A stretch of 63,384 nt of DNA, filler included, from Craspedostauros australis (Eukaryota), in the NCBI GenBank assembly GCA_030167865.1. It is 4 parts of 4 records of this genome, joined end to end, with 100 filler letters (N's around TTAATTAATTAA, not from the genome) between each part and the next. Parts side by side here need not be neighbours in the genome. Positions count along the whole stretch, not along the records: positions 34,222 to 55,269 come from JALAGF010005617.1; positions 55,370 to 63,384 come from JALAGF010005618.1; 2 more parts are not named here. One strand, written 5' to 3'. The notes below the pieces were generated by a model. It was given only the letters and a program-made list of their open reading frames with translations. It had not been told where the DNA came from and ran no database searches. The position numbers and the translations under genes are program-made. Below, one piece after another: positions 46,093 through 57,845 of the stretch (its first letter is position 1; each line of letters opens with the position of its first letter).

Positions 46093-48610
46093 GGTAGAGC
46101 GGAGTGGAGTGGAGCAGAGCAGTGCTTTCTGTCTTGACCTGTCTTGTCTTGTCTTGTCTTGTCTTGCGTTGTGTCGGGTTGTTTGGTTGTCTGGCTGTTA
46201 GATTGTTGGATTGTTGATGGGGATCATGCATGCATGTATGTGAAGTCTGCTCTCAGCGCACGTGCCCATGCACATACATCCACACAGGAAGGCGGTGGGA
46301 ACGAAAGACGCACAGGTTGCAACCACTATCGTCGTTCGTTGGGTTGATCGATGTGATGGGCAGTCAAGCAAATGTCCTTGCCTTCAATACTCTCCTACTC
46401 TCTTGTACCATCATCCACCACTGGAGGTCTCATTCATTGATTGATTCAGTCCTTGCAGAGAGGAGCCAAAGTGTTCCACTTTTGTCTCACTGTCATACCG
46501 ACGCAATGCGGCGCAATGCGATGCGACAAACACGCCGCAATTTTCCGGTTTGTGCGAGACGAGTTGCCGTCCGCCTGCGCGGCATTTAGAATGGGGACAT
46601 GATCGACGTTATAATACGGTTATAAGGTGCCGATCTCGATTCGCTGAAAAATGGAAACGTGTTATGTGTCGTATTCATCGACCGATGACGTCACAAACAG
46701 CAACCAACACTTTCAGCTTCTTTGTGATCGTGCAAGTCAACCTTTTTTCCTCCACGTCGTCAACCCGCCAAGATGAGCCACCCGAGCGAGTCAACCTACA
46801 CTTTGACATGAAACTCAAGAATGTTTGTCTTGTATATCCAAACCAAGCACATATTCGTAACCCTCTTAGTCTCCTGATCAATAATTTACCAATGAATTCT
46901 TGATTTAGATCCTAGTGTAGGTTTCGTGCTAAACTTCTTCTTGTTTCTGAGAAGGTTCTATGCTGTTCTTCGAAATGTATCGCCAGGTTCCCAGTCACGG
47001 AAGCGATTGCGAAGGTCGTTCGTTTGATACGCGTTAAATACACGTCAGCATGTGTCACGTTCTTCCACATTCAAACACTATCACCATCACTCACAAATTC
47101 GCACAACATCACCACACTTTGGCTTCATTTCAAAACTTCCCCCCAATGTCATGCACACTCGCCATTGTGTTCCATGCTCATGCTCGTCATCGCGGTTGAG
47201 ATAGAGATAGTGATAGTAGTAGTCGTAATACTCCAGAGTAGCCGGGTCCTGAAAGAATGGACAACATATGCTTGGTATTGTTCTATTCCCAAAAGGTGAC
47301 ATCAGTGGGCACGAATGGTTGGCCCATCCGCTGACACGCTTCATACGCAATTACCACTACTCCGTTCTCCTTCGCACACAACTGTTTCGTTTCGGATCCA
47401 CTGTCCCAACCACCAACACACCAAACCAGGGGCTCACAACAGCAAGATGCACTCCTCTTTGATGTGAAGTGAAGTGAAGTGCCTCTCTCCTGATGCTGCG
47501 AGACCGTCACAGAACATGACCAAGGCCGAAAGCAAGATCAAGAGCGAAGGAACACACCAGGATACGCTTTGGGGTTGGCATCTGTCATTCCACTCCTATG
47601 CTGGCGCAGCCGTAGGAACGCAATGGCAATTCTAGACACGACCAACGCGACGTGCGAACGTACCAATCCTGCATACGAGTGCGAGGACGAACACGAGCAC
47701 TCCATGCAGAGGTTGCTCCATCTCTCCATCGATCTTTCGCGCTAACCTCCCACAAACTGCAGCTGATATCCGCACTATTGGAGTGTATGGCATGATAGTC
47801 TGATTGTTGGAAAGATGCGCCCAGGCTTCGAGGCAATGTGAAGTGAAGCGCCTCTCTGATGACACTCCGGTATTCACAGACCAAGACCAAGATCGAAAGC
47901 GAGAGTGAGAGCAAAAACAAGAGCGAAGGAACAGACAAGGGCACGGCCTGAAGTAAGCCAATGTCATGTTGATCTCGCGAAGCAACAGCGACGGCATGGG
48001 GACAACGTTTCACACACCACAGCGCGATGCGAACAGATCCATCCTGCACGCGAGTATGGAGGCGGTACATGGTTTCTGAGACTTCATCTTCAACCTTGAA
48101 GGTGGCTCACGCAGACTTCAACCGCAGTTGACATCAGATCCCATTTCAAGGGCATATAGGACTACGATTTCTACTGTATGGGACGCATGTTCCCTCTTGC
48201 GCCATCAGCTTCATCCTGCGTGATGCTCTGATGAGTTCGCGATCGCATTCACGCGTCGTTTCTGAGTGAAGACGAGATTGAAAACAACGCAATGCAAGGA
48301 GGGGAACCTTCACTTTTCGGCATGGCGCGAACAGTACAGCAATACGCACGACATCAAACATGTGCTCTCCAACTCCAACAGTCGAAACCCTTGCTCTTGG
48401 CGTTGTCTGAAAGAAAAACAGGACGCAAAAGGATCATTGTCATCATCATCATCATTATCACCTCTCCTCTCACAAAATCGACAAGCTCCACTTCGAAACG
48501 GAAACTTACAGCAACAGTAACAGCAATAGCAACAGCAACAAATCATCAACAAATCAGCATCGACTCCCATCGTTCCATCACTCCACAACATACCATACAG
48601 CGCGATAACC

Positions 48611-51600
48611 ATGATAATCCAAACCAAGACAATCATCACCACCACTCTCCTTGTTGCCTTCATGACGGTGTCTCAAGCGCGCCTCAACGGAGAAAAGACC
48701 ACGAGCGTCGTGGATGAAATGCACCTGGCATTGCAAGCCACTCGCACAATCAAGGCTGCGGTCGGCGCCGGCGACAACAAGGGTGCCAAAACAAACAAAA
48801 ACGACGTGTTGGATCCCTCCAATCCGCCATCACCAATGCCTTCAACCTCCAAGGGTGCAGGTCTGACCACCATGCCCACATGGATTCCAAGCGCTCATCC
48901 AACGGTCGATCCCACACGCTCTCCGACCTCATCGCCGACCATGCCGCCAGCTCCAGCTCCATCAGCTCCTCCGATGGACTTCGATTCCACCATCTCTGTT
49001 GTCTGCAAGCCCGATGGTGCCACCATCCTCACATCACAAGAGGCAAGCGCTAAGACCATCATCTGCAACTCCGCCAAGCCATCATGCCGCGAGGCTGTGG
49101 CTGCTGTCAACGAATCCAAACAACTGCAGAACTTCTTCGGATGCGCAGGAGACCTCGGCGAAGGAGCTGCTCGCAAGCTATTCAGCAAGTACGCATCGGA
49201 CGATGTGCTCGCTGGCCAATTGGCCCTGATCGCTGCCACCAACCCAATCCTTGTCACCGAACGACCAGATGCGATGAAGGCAGCATGTATGTCCATCGGC
49301 ATGGCCCAATCTCCACCCGCTGCCAATCCATGCTGCCAAGGATCATCGGGATGCACCTCAGTCACCGGATCCGCCTCCAACTCTCCTCCATTCATGACCG
49401 TCGCCATCACAGCATGCACCGGTGACAGTGCCTGCAAGGACATGGGACCGAACCCTCTCATCCTGGATTCCTCCTGCACTGGCGCGAGTGCATGCGAATC
49501 CATGAATCAGAACGAGATCAATCCTTTCATCACAGGAGTCACCTTCGTTGGCGAGATGGCATGCACCAGCGCGCAATCTTGTGAGGGAGCAGGACGCCGT
49601 TCTCATGGTGATGTGACCATTCAGGAGGGTGCGTGTATCGGTCCCCAAGCATGTACTTCAGCTGGACGCCGCGTCGCACAATCCGCACCATCCTTTCGCT
49701 ATCAAAGTCACATCCACATTGGCTCGAATGCTTGCGTTGGCAGCAATGCCTGCAAGGATGCCCATTCCACTGTGGATCGCGGTTCTGCTGGCAAGCGTGA
49801 AGGAGGCCTGACCATCGGTGATGGTGGCTGTGCTGACGAAGGCTCATGCGAGAAGCTTGGCTTGAATGACAGGATGAGGACGGATATCATCGTCCCTCCT
49901 GGTGGGTGCGGCGGTGTTCAGAGCTGCTGGGCATGCATGACGAAGATGGAGTGCAACTTTGATGAGGTATATCTCATCAGTGATGCGGAGCAAGCCTGTC
50001 CCAAGGGAGGCAGAGACACAAACTTCCTTCCAACGGGTGACAAGGTGGATGAGTATTGCGTTGGCAAGGACACATTGCCAACGGAGTGTCCTACCTTCTT
50101 TCCCACCCCATTTCCCACTGTGTCGGTTGGACCCACATCAGTTCTGGCGTCAACTCCAACATCAGCTCCAACATCTGCTCCGACGTCAACCCCCACATCA
50201 GCTCCAACATCAAATCCGACGTCAACCCCAACATCAGCTCCAACATCAGCTCCTACATCGGCCCCAACATCAGCTCCCACATCGGCTCCGACGTCAGCTC
50301 CTACATCAGCCCCGACAGCAGTCCCAACATCGGCTCCAACATCAGCTCCAACGTCCGCTCCAACATCGGCTCCAACATCGGGTCCCACATCGGCTCCGAC
50401 ATCGGCTCCAACATCGGCTCCAACGTCAGCTCCCACATCGGCTCCGACAGCAGCTCCCACATCATCCCCAACAGCTCCGACAGCAGCTCCCACATCGGAT
50501 CCTACTTCAGCTCCGACGTCAGCTCCCACATCGGTTNNNNNNNNNNNNNNNNNNNNNNNNNNNNNNNNNNNNNNNNNNNNNNNNNNCCTACATCGGCTCC
50601 GACGTCAGCTCCCACATCGGTTCCTACATCGGCTCCAACATCGGCTCCAACGTCCGCTCCTACATCGGCTCCAACATCGGCTCCTACATCGGCTCCTACA
50701 TCGGCTCCGACATCAGCCCCTACATCAGCTCCGACATCAGCTCCTACATCGGCTCCCACATCATCCCCAACAGCTCCGACAGCAGCTCCCACATCGGATC
50801 CTACTTCAGCTCCGACGTCAGCTCCCACATCGGTTCCTACTTCAGCTCCCACATCGGCTCCAACATCGGCCCCTACATCGGCTCCGACGCCAGCTCCCTC
50901 ATCGGTTCCTACTTCAGCTCCCACGTCGATCCCAACTATCACCCGGGCAACCTTATCCGTAGGATGTCTCTCAACACCGGGAGATGGCACATCAACGTTC
51001 GATGAAATCACTGGTGACGTAGTGTGCGATGGTATAACAGGAACATGTGCGGACTTCGTCTCCGAGGTTGATGCTCTGGCTGACGAAGGCAAGCGCAAGA
51101 TGATCAAGAGTATCTTTGCATGCAATGATGAAGACCCTCCACAGTCCGTGGCGTTGGAGGTGGCACAGGAACGCTTTGATAAGATCAAGAACGACGAAAG
51201 TGTGACCAAAGCATTGCTGGATACGGTGGCAACCCTGAAACTATTCACTGGGAGCGCGTCTGTTGTGACAGCTGCGTGCAATGGCTCATGCTGCAGGGGT
51301 GATACAGCTTGCACCATTGACTCTGTTGATGGCGGTGTCATGACAGTGAGCTCAGGGTCATGCATCGGGGATAGCGCATGCAATCTCGCACGTCCCAACG
51401 CAATCATACTTGACAGTTGCAAGGAAAGCGGTTCTTGCTTTCGTGCGGGGAATTTCTTCTTTAGTCAGCCAGCTGCTGGTGCCGAAGTCGGATTCAGGGT
51501 GATCGGACCAAGAGCTTGTGTTGAACGGCAGAGCTGCACCCTTATTGGACTCAATACCTTTGGCAATATACGAGTGGAAGAAGGAGCATGCAATGCAAGA

Positions 51601-51981
51601 AAGGCATGCGAAGCCATTGCGCGGCGCACCAACCAAGGGTCTACAACCACGACACCGATCGTGGCAAGTGTCTTCATCGGAAAGAATGCATGCCAAGGGG
51701 ATTCCGCTTGTGCTGACGTGCATTTTTCTAGATCCAAATTTGCAGGAAACGTGATCATCGAAGACGGTGCCTGCTCAGGTGCAAACACGTGCAATAGTAT
51801 TGGCGGTGATGACAGGGCAACCAGTGACATCCTCATCAGAGCAGGAGTCTGCACACCAACCGCCCCCTGTACCAATTGCGCCCAAGGATCATTGTGTACG
51901 TCACCAACAGACACGTACGTACTCGACGACCCAGCCACGGATTGCGCTGAGCCATTCCAATCTGCCTGCGAAGTACTCTAA
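48611..51981 (+). CDS. Secreted mucin-like protein: Cys-rich domain, (PTSA)n, homologous Cys-rich domain; the frame changes only across the N gap
   Basis: Signal peptide (LLVAFMTVSQA). ORFs 48611.. and ..51981 join across gap 50537-50586. Many (A/S)CxGxx(A/S)C units in both halves around a central PTSA array. Confidence 0.88.
50152..50930 (+). repeat. 12-bp coding tandem repeat (PTSA)n
   Basis: CCN ACR TCR GCY units on both sides of the gap. True copy number is unresolved. Confidence 0.93.
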
Positions 51982-52394
51982 TCATCACATACACAGCCAC
52001 ACATACTAGTATTCTCAAGCTCGTACTCTACCGCCATTTTCCTGTTTTGTGCTGGCAAAGCAGAGCACTCTGTGACGATGATGTAAACTCTAGCTTCGCT
52101 TTGTCTTCTGCGCAATCTCAGTCACCAATCGAGTCAAGGATAAGGTCTTGGTGCCAAAGGTCTCTTTGTTGCTTCTGCTGTTTCTGGGAGTTGAGGGAAA
52201 TCGACATCTATGACATATCTCCACCCATGATTTGACATCTCGGAACTGGATAGAACAACCTCGAATGTGTTGCGACACAACACAAATCAACCGTCCCCAT
52301 TTCACAAAAAGCTTGCTGTTGTTCAGAGCTATTATACTACTACTACTGCTACTGCTACGTCTTGTGTTGATGTTGGTGCCAGATGTGGTGGTAC

Positions 52395-52878
52395 ACTTTT
52401 TGCACTAGGATCTGGCATCACTAGGATGGATGGACATGTCATCCTTGGTGATGCCCTTCTCCCTGTGTGCTGCAGCACGTCGGGCACATTGCACCTTTTT
52501 CTTGCCAATGGGCGTTGCCTTCACCTTTTTGGTATCTCGGACACCAAGAGTAAATGCATACATGAAATAGAAGATTGGCATGTCATCATCATCAGAATCA
52601 TCCTCAAAAATCTTCCCAACACAATCAGGATCTGCTTGGAAGTGAAGGAGCGTGATCGGATCATCGTCCTAGCCAACCTTGGCATATCCATTTTCGGGAT
52701 CCACAAAGTCCAGCTCGACCTTGCTTGGGAATGTATCAGTCAGACTGACTACATGTTTCTCTGTGTCATGCTCAGCCTTGAAGTGGCCCCAGAAGATATC
52801 GAAGTAGCTTTGAATCTGTGGGTCCAGGTTCCCCACTCGCAGATGCTCCTCCGTCACCCTGTACTTGGTGTTGTAGTT
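52395..52878 (-). pseudogene. 5'-truncated ORF remnant with an in-frame stop, probably transposon-derived
   Basis: Frame NYNTKYRVTEEHL...KHVVSLTDTFPSKVELDFVDPENGYAKVG*DDDPITLLHF...MYAFTLGVRDTKKVK starts exactly at the LTR boundary. CpG-poor. Confidence 0.4.
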
Positions 52879-53610
52879 TGTTGGAAATCTGGGGTTATAG
52901 TAAGTAAGAATCTAAACTGTTATTAGATTGTACTATTTTAGAACTGTGAGCTCAATCTCACTCTCTCTTTCCATTTCAGTTTCCTTGTAGGTGTTCCCTG
53001 CGGTGGCATCATGAGGCATCGTTGCATTCTTGATTGTATTCATCTTGTCTTGCTCTTGCATCCTCATGTGCTGTTCATCATATCCTCATCTCGACGTTTC
53101 GTCGTTCATATCTGAACACTCGTACCCATCTACGCTCGCATGGTAGGGGTCAGCAGTCGTGCATGCTTTCTTGTCATATGTTTTGACCCTTGGTGATGTT
53201 CCAAACCTACGGATGTTCTGATCCTTTCTGATGTTCCAAACCTGCGGATGTTCTTGTCTGCAGGAGGGGCGCATGCTGTCCTCTGAAGGGGGTGCGTCAC
53301 TTGCCCATTGACTTGCTGTTCTGACTGACGTCGTCGTCTGCATGGTTGTCAAGGTTGGTTTGGTATCGGGACCTCCTGATCCGCCGTTGGTGTCGTTCTT
53401 ACATTACCAGAGGACAGACTACCCTCCTCGCGGTAGTACAGGTATCAATCATGTCCGTGTCCTTAGTCATAGTCATAATGGCATGGTATTCAAAGGTGTG
53501 ACGAATAGTCTCCGAACATGTGACGAATAATATTCAAAGGTGTGACGAAGAATGTTGGGAGGTGCGGCAATCATGGAATTACGACAAAGTCGCACCCTCG
53601 ATTCCGAACA
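52879..53610 (-). mobile_element. Solo LTR (732 bp), Copia-type, no target-site duplication
   Basis: The minus strand begins TGTTCGGAATC and ends GATTTCCAACA (TG..CA, imperfect 11-bp inverted ends), with an AT-rich segment before the 3' end. Both ends coincide with abrupt truncation of neighbouring reading frames. Flanks TAGTT and CTGGC differ. Confidence 0.7.
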
Positions 53611-54283
53611 CTGGCATGCTTCTGTACCTGATCAAGCACTCCAGACCTGATATTTCCAACACAGTTAGGGAACTATCGAAGGTGCTGGATGGACCCACAG
53701 GCGCAGCTTACATGGAGATGCTGCGATTGATCAAGGTTGTGCCAGACACAGACAATTTCGGATTGAGGATGCAACCAACCAGAGGAGGTGACCGATTGCG
53801 ATGGAACTTGCGAATGTGCACCGACAGCGAGTTTGCAGGCAACCAAGATGTCAGGATCAGTGTAGGAGGATTCATCCTCCTTGTCATGGGAGCGCCAATC
53901 CAATGGAGGTCAAGAGCGCAACGAATCGTCACACTCAGCTCATCAGAAGCTGAGTATGTGGCTCTTTCAGAGGCACCAAAGGGGATCATGTTCGTAAAGT
54001 ACCTTCTGGCAGACATGGGAGTGGTTGTGGTGACACTGATTCAGGTGATGGTGGACAACATGGGAGCCATCTACATGACAAACAACCTGCCAACTTCGAG
54101 TCGAACAAGGCATGTGGACACGAGATACCACTACGTGCGCGAATTCGTGGTGGATGGACTGGTGGAGACCGTGTTCGTGTGATCAGAGGACAACGTGGCG
54201 GATGGATTCACCAAGAACGTAAAGGGAGAGACATACGAGAGACAAACAGCTGCATGTATGTGGCAGAAGGGGGAGGTTGATGA
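53611..54283 (+). pseudogene. Ty1/Copia pol remnant (RT C-terminus + RNase H)
   Basis: GMLLYLIKHSRPDI, DSEFAG, VTLSSSEAEYVALSE, DNMGAI, RTRHVDTRYHYVRE, and after a premature TGA (54180-54182) SEDNVADGFTK. Confidence 0.93.
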
Positions 54284-54310
54284 TTGACACATCGCTATTC
54301 TTCATCGGTT

Positions 54311-54470
54311 TGGAAGGGTGTCGGGAATCACAGACACTATGAAACCGCATGAAGATCAGCAGCATGTCAGTGGCACACCAGGTGAAGAGAAACGTACAAG
54401 TGGACCAATGGATGTACGGTATGAATACGAAATTGGAGATGGAAAATTGTGGGACAAGACGGAAATCTTG
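54311..54470 (+). mobile_element. Polypurine tract and start of a truncated 3' LTR of the Copia remnant
   Basis: GGAAGGG is immediately followed by TGTCGGGAATC at 54319, just downstream of pol. No matching ..CA end was found, so the right boundary is approximate. Confidence 0.55.
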
Positions 54471-55369
54471 GTCTCAATCCGCCATCGATAACAACAAACG
54501 ACAACAACAACAACAAAACAAAATAAAAATAAAGCACAATTTGTGTGAAGCAAGGACTCTGGATTTACGCCAAGTGGATTTCAAAACAACTATTCTATTA
54601 GAATATGCTAGTGTTCTAACTCGAGTGCAGGTCGACTCGCTCGAGCGGCTCATAAGTTCGATGACGATCCGTGGTGTGGGAAATTACCGTTGGGACATCC
54701 GGAAATGCAAAGGAAGCGCGAATACTGTTCCTCCTCCGCTTCCATCGACGAACCTCTGATACGGAATGGAGACAGAGAAAGTCACAAGAGACACGCGCCT
54801 GTTAAATCCCGTGGACTCTGTTTGTCACACGTCGTTCCCGTTTGTGTGCATTGGACCAATCATGCTGTGGTGTTTGTTCCTGCGGCACTTGGACTGTGGC
54901 ATGCCGGGCTATGGCTCTGGGCGGAACGCAATCGTCGACGAACCACATGCCACTCCTCTGTCATGATTGGCCATGTAGTGTCCCTCTGTGACGATGTGTG
55001 TGTCGCAACTGGGAGCCATGGTAATATAGATAATTTCCCTCAGGCCTAAAAACAAAGACCCAACGGGATTCATTCGAATTGGCAACCACACAAACAAAAA
55101 ATGACAACAACGACAGGCAAAATGGGTCTCCTGCGCGATGCATTGTTCNNNNNNNTACAACCAATTACTCTGCTCTGCTCTACTTGCTTAGTCTGTCTCT
55201 CTAGTAACTGACTTGGAAAGGCTGGAAGAAGCCTTCATCAATGGACAGCTGTGTGATCATGGCAACCACNNNNNNNNNNNNNNNNNNNNNNNNNNNNNNN
55301 NNNNNNNNNNNNNTTAATTAATTAANNNNNNNNNNNNNNNNNNNNNNNNNNNNNNNNNNNNNNNNNNNN

Positions 55370-56863
55370 CAGTGTGCGTTTGGGTAGTTTTTAATACCGT
55401 TGTACACGCTGGTTTCTCCGGGCAAGTCTGCGTAAGCTGAGATTTGTCGTTGGATACGAAGCACGTTATGGACAACATGTTGGATTCGCATGGAATGACA
55501 TAATTGAATGGGTGAGTAGATTGCGGTGCTTGGAAACAGAGCAAACAAACCGATCATCTCAGTATCACACTCGTATAATACGGTGGATCCAATCATGACC
55601 GCAGTGTCTTGAGCAATGATCTCGCCGGCCTGTGGAGATCTGGGTTCACGTCAAAGAGAATCATCTCAAACGATGCCTCGTCATCATCACTGTTCATGCT
55701 GCAGAAGCGCCCAACACAGCTTTCTACACTGCATGGCGGCGCACGCGCAATGTCCCACAGGGCACGCCGGTTGTTGAAATGGCACGTCAACTTACCATAC
55801 CAGTTTCGACCTCGTCTACCGTTAGTCGAATACGGCATGAAAATCATGAAATGATCGAAGTCGTCAAAGATCTTGGCCTCCAGCGCCAGGTATTGCTTGA
55901 CGTAGTTTTCAACATCCGTGTTCTTGAGAGTGTAGGGATGAGCTCCAGAAGGATAGTGAATTGTGAGGATCCCATCGTCGGTGCCATTCGTTGGCATTGT
56001 GGAAAGCGAAAGCTTGCCGAACGACATGGCCTCGAACTGGTCGGTGAAATTGGGCTGCGCATTGAACACGTTGTCCACAATGAGAGATTTTGGGACAGTG
56101 TAATCGTTTTGAAACACAACCTGAATCAGGAGGACCTTCTTGTCTCCAACGCCCAACACATCTGGAGTGTCCAGTGCGCGTCCATGCCCGTGTCCATCCG
56201 TATGTCCATCGATATGATGCCCAAGCAGCATGTCATCGATGGTCATGCCATCCGGCAGCTTCAGCGTGAAGTTGCTGTCATCAACGATGACGTTCTCCAT
56301 GAAGATGGTGTGCTGGACGGTGGCGCTGGGGAACGCTTGGTGGTCGATCGCCCACTGTTCCGTCAACCCATCGATCTTCATGTCGATGGGACCATGGGAT
56401 GTGGCATCGGCTCCTCTGAGCCTGCAGAAAAGGTCGGTTGCATCGGTTCCATCAGTGAAACCGGTGATGCGTGCGGTGACGAGGCATGGTTCCTTCAGGA
56501 TACTGTTGTTGTTGGTGGTGGCGGTGGTGGTCTGATTGTCGTTCGGATTGAAATGGATTGAGTGAGATCGATTGGGTGAAGGTGTGGTGGTTGTGAAAAG
56601 GGTGGATATTCGTACTCGTATGTGGGGTGGAGGTTGGAGGGCGGAGGGAGACGGAATTGAGCAGACGCGGAATGCAAGGTTGGGAATGGATGATGAGATG
56701 GTGTGACCGACCCATCCACGGTCACAAGAGAGAGAGAGAGAGAACAACCATCGCAAAGGGTCGTTTCACTCACCGTTTGCGCTGCGGCCGATGTTGTAGA
56801 GACTGCAATCACCGCAAGCAACACAGCAATGAGGGTTTGTCGATAGGAATGGAAGACTTTCAT
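55370..56863 (-). CDS. Secreted metalloprotease, peptidase M11 (gametolysin)-like; exons 56863-56774, 56531-55796, 55436-gap
   Basis: Signal-peptide exon; GT-AG introns 56532-56773 and 55437-55795; pro-region ending HGRAL. Motifs GDKKVLLIQV, QFEAMSFGKL, DHFMIFMP and spliced WYAYADLPGETSVYN, which in M11 enzymes precedes HExxH. The zinc motif itself is not visible and would fall in the gap. Confidence 0.72.
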
Positions 56864-57845
56864 GATGGACGAGGGATGGAATTATGATTACAATCGGAGG
56901 GACAGGCACAGATAATAGCTCGCATAATACCTCCTGCAGCCATTCCTTCGCCAACCACGATCGTTGCGTTTTGGTGCCAACGAGTGTGGACGTTGCTTTC
57001 GCTGGTTTGATTGGCCGGCACAGACTTCGTACAACACGCTTTTGTACCCTCACCAAACACCAACGACGAGCACAGCGCAGCACAGCACAGCACAGCACAG
57101 AGCACGGATGCGATGTGACCCAAGACGTTGCATGTTCATGGGTGGAGATTACCCCTTCGTGGCCAGAGCGTGCATGGTGAGGTGAAGAATGTTGTCTGCA
57201 CCAAACAACCAAGTCCGCTCGAGGTGAGAAGCGGCGGTGTTCAAGATCGTGGACATCAACGAATTCAGTGCCTTTCTGTCGTTTGAGCAGAGAACACTCA
57301 GAGATACTTTCGAGAGTGATATGTACCACACACTACAACCAACATGACACTCGTTGTCCGTGTCTTGTAGCATGTCACTCGTGTCTGGTTGATAAAATGT
57401 CACATGCAACTTGTTGTTCTTTGGTAACCAATAATCGCGCGGTGGCTGTTCGCTGGATCCTCGCGAGACCAATATCGTGTGGAAGGAGCGAAGCCAAACA
57501 AGAAGAGTTCTAACAAGATGGATGGCCCGATGTGGACTATTACTAGTATTCTCAGCGAATCGAGGATGCGAACAGCTACCCATCGTATCTTGGCGAGGCA
57601 CTGATCGCATCAACAGAATCCTTCACCCAACACATCAAGTGGGAAGATCCAAAAACAACCGACTAACCGATCAACACAACAACAAACGAAGCGACGAAGG
57701 AGGACAACAAAGCTTCAATGCGAATTGCAGACATCATCACTCCACTCCACTCCACTCTACTCTACTCTACTCTACCACACGCTGCTCTCATACAAACTTG
57801 TTCTCCTGTGGCACCACGATGGTTTGAGCACCAATCCCATCTGTC

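Noticed and set aside
50440..50850. Higher-order repeat (PTSSPTAPTAAPTSDPTS…) on both sides of the mucin gap, and the apparent frameshift
   Set aside because: Could be real but cannot be separated from overlapping contig ends. The frame change occurs only across Ns of estimated length, so it is not evidence of a pseudogene or programmed frameshift.
53361..53375. TGGTATCGGGACC as a tRNA-Met primer-binding site
   Set aside because: Only partly matches TGGTATCAGAGC and lies inside the solo LTR rather than next to an LTR end.
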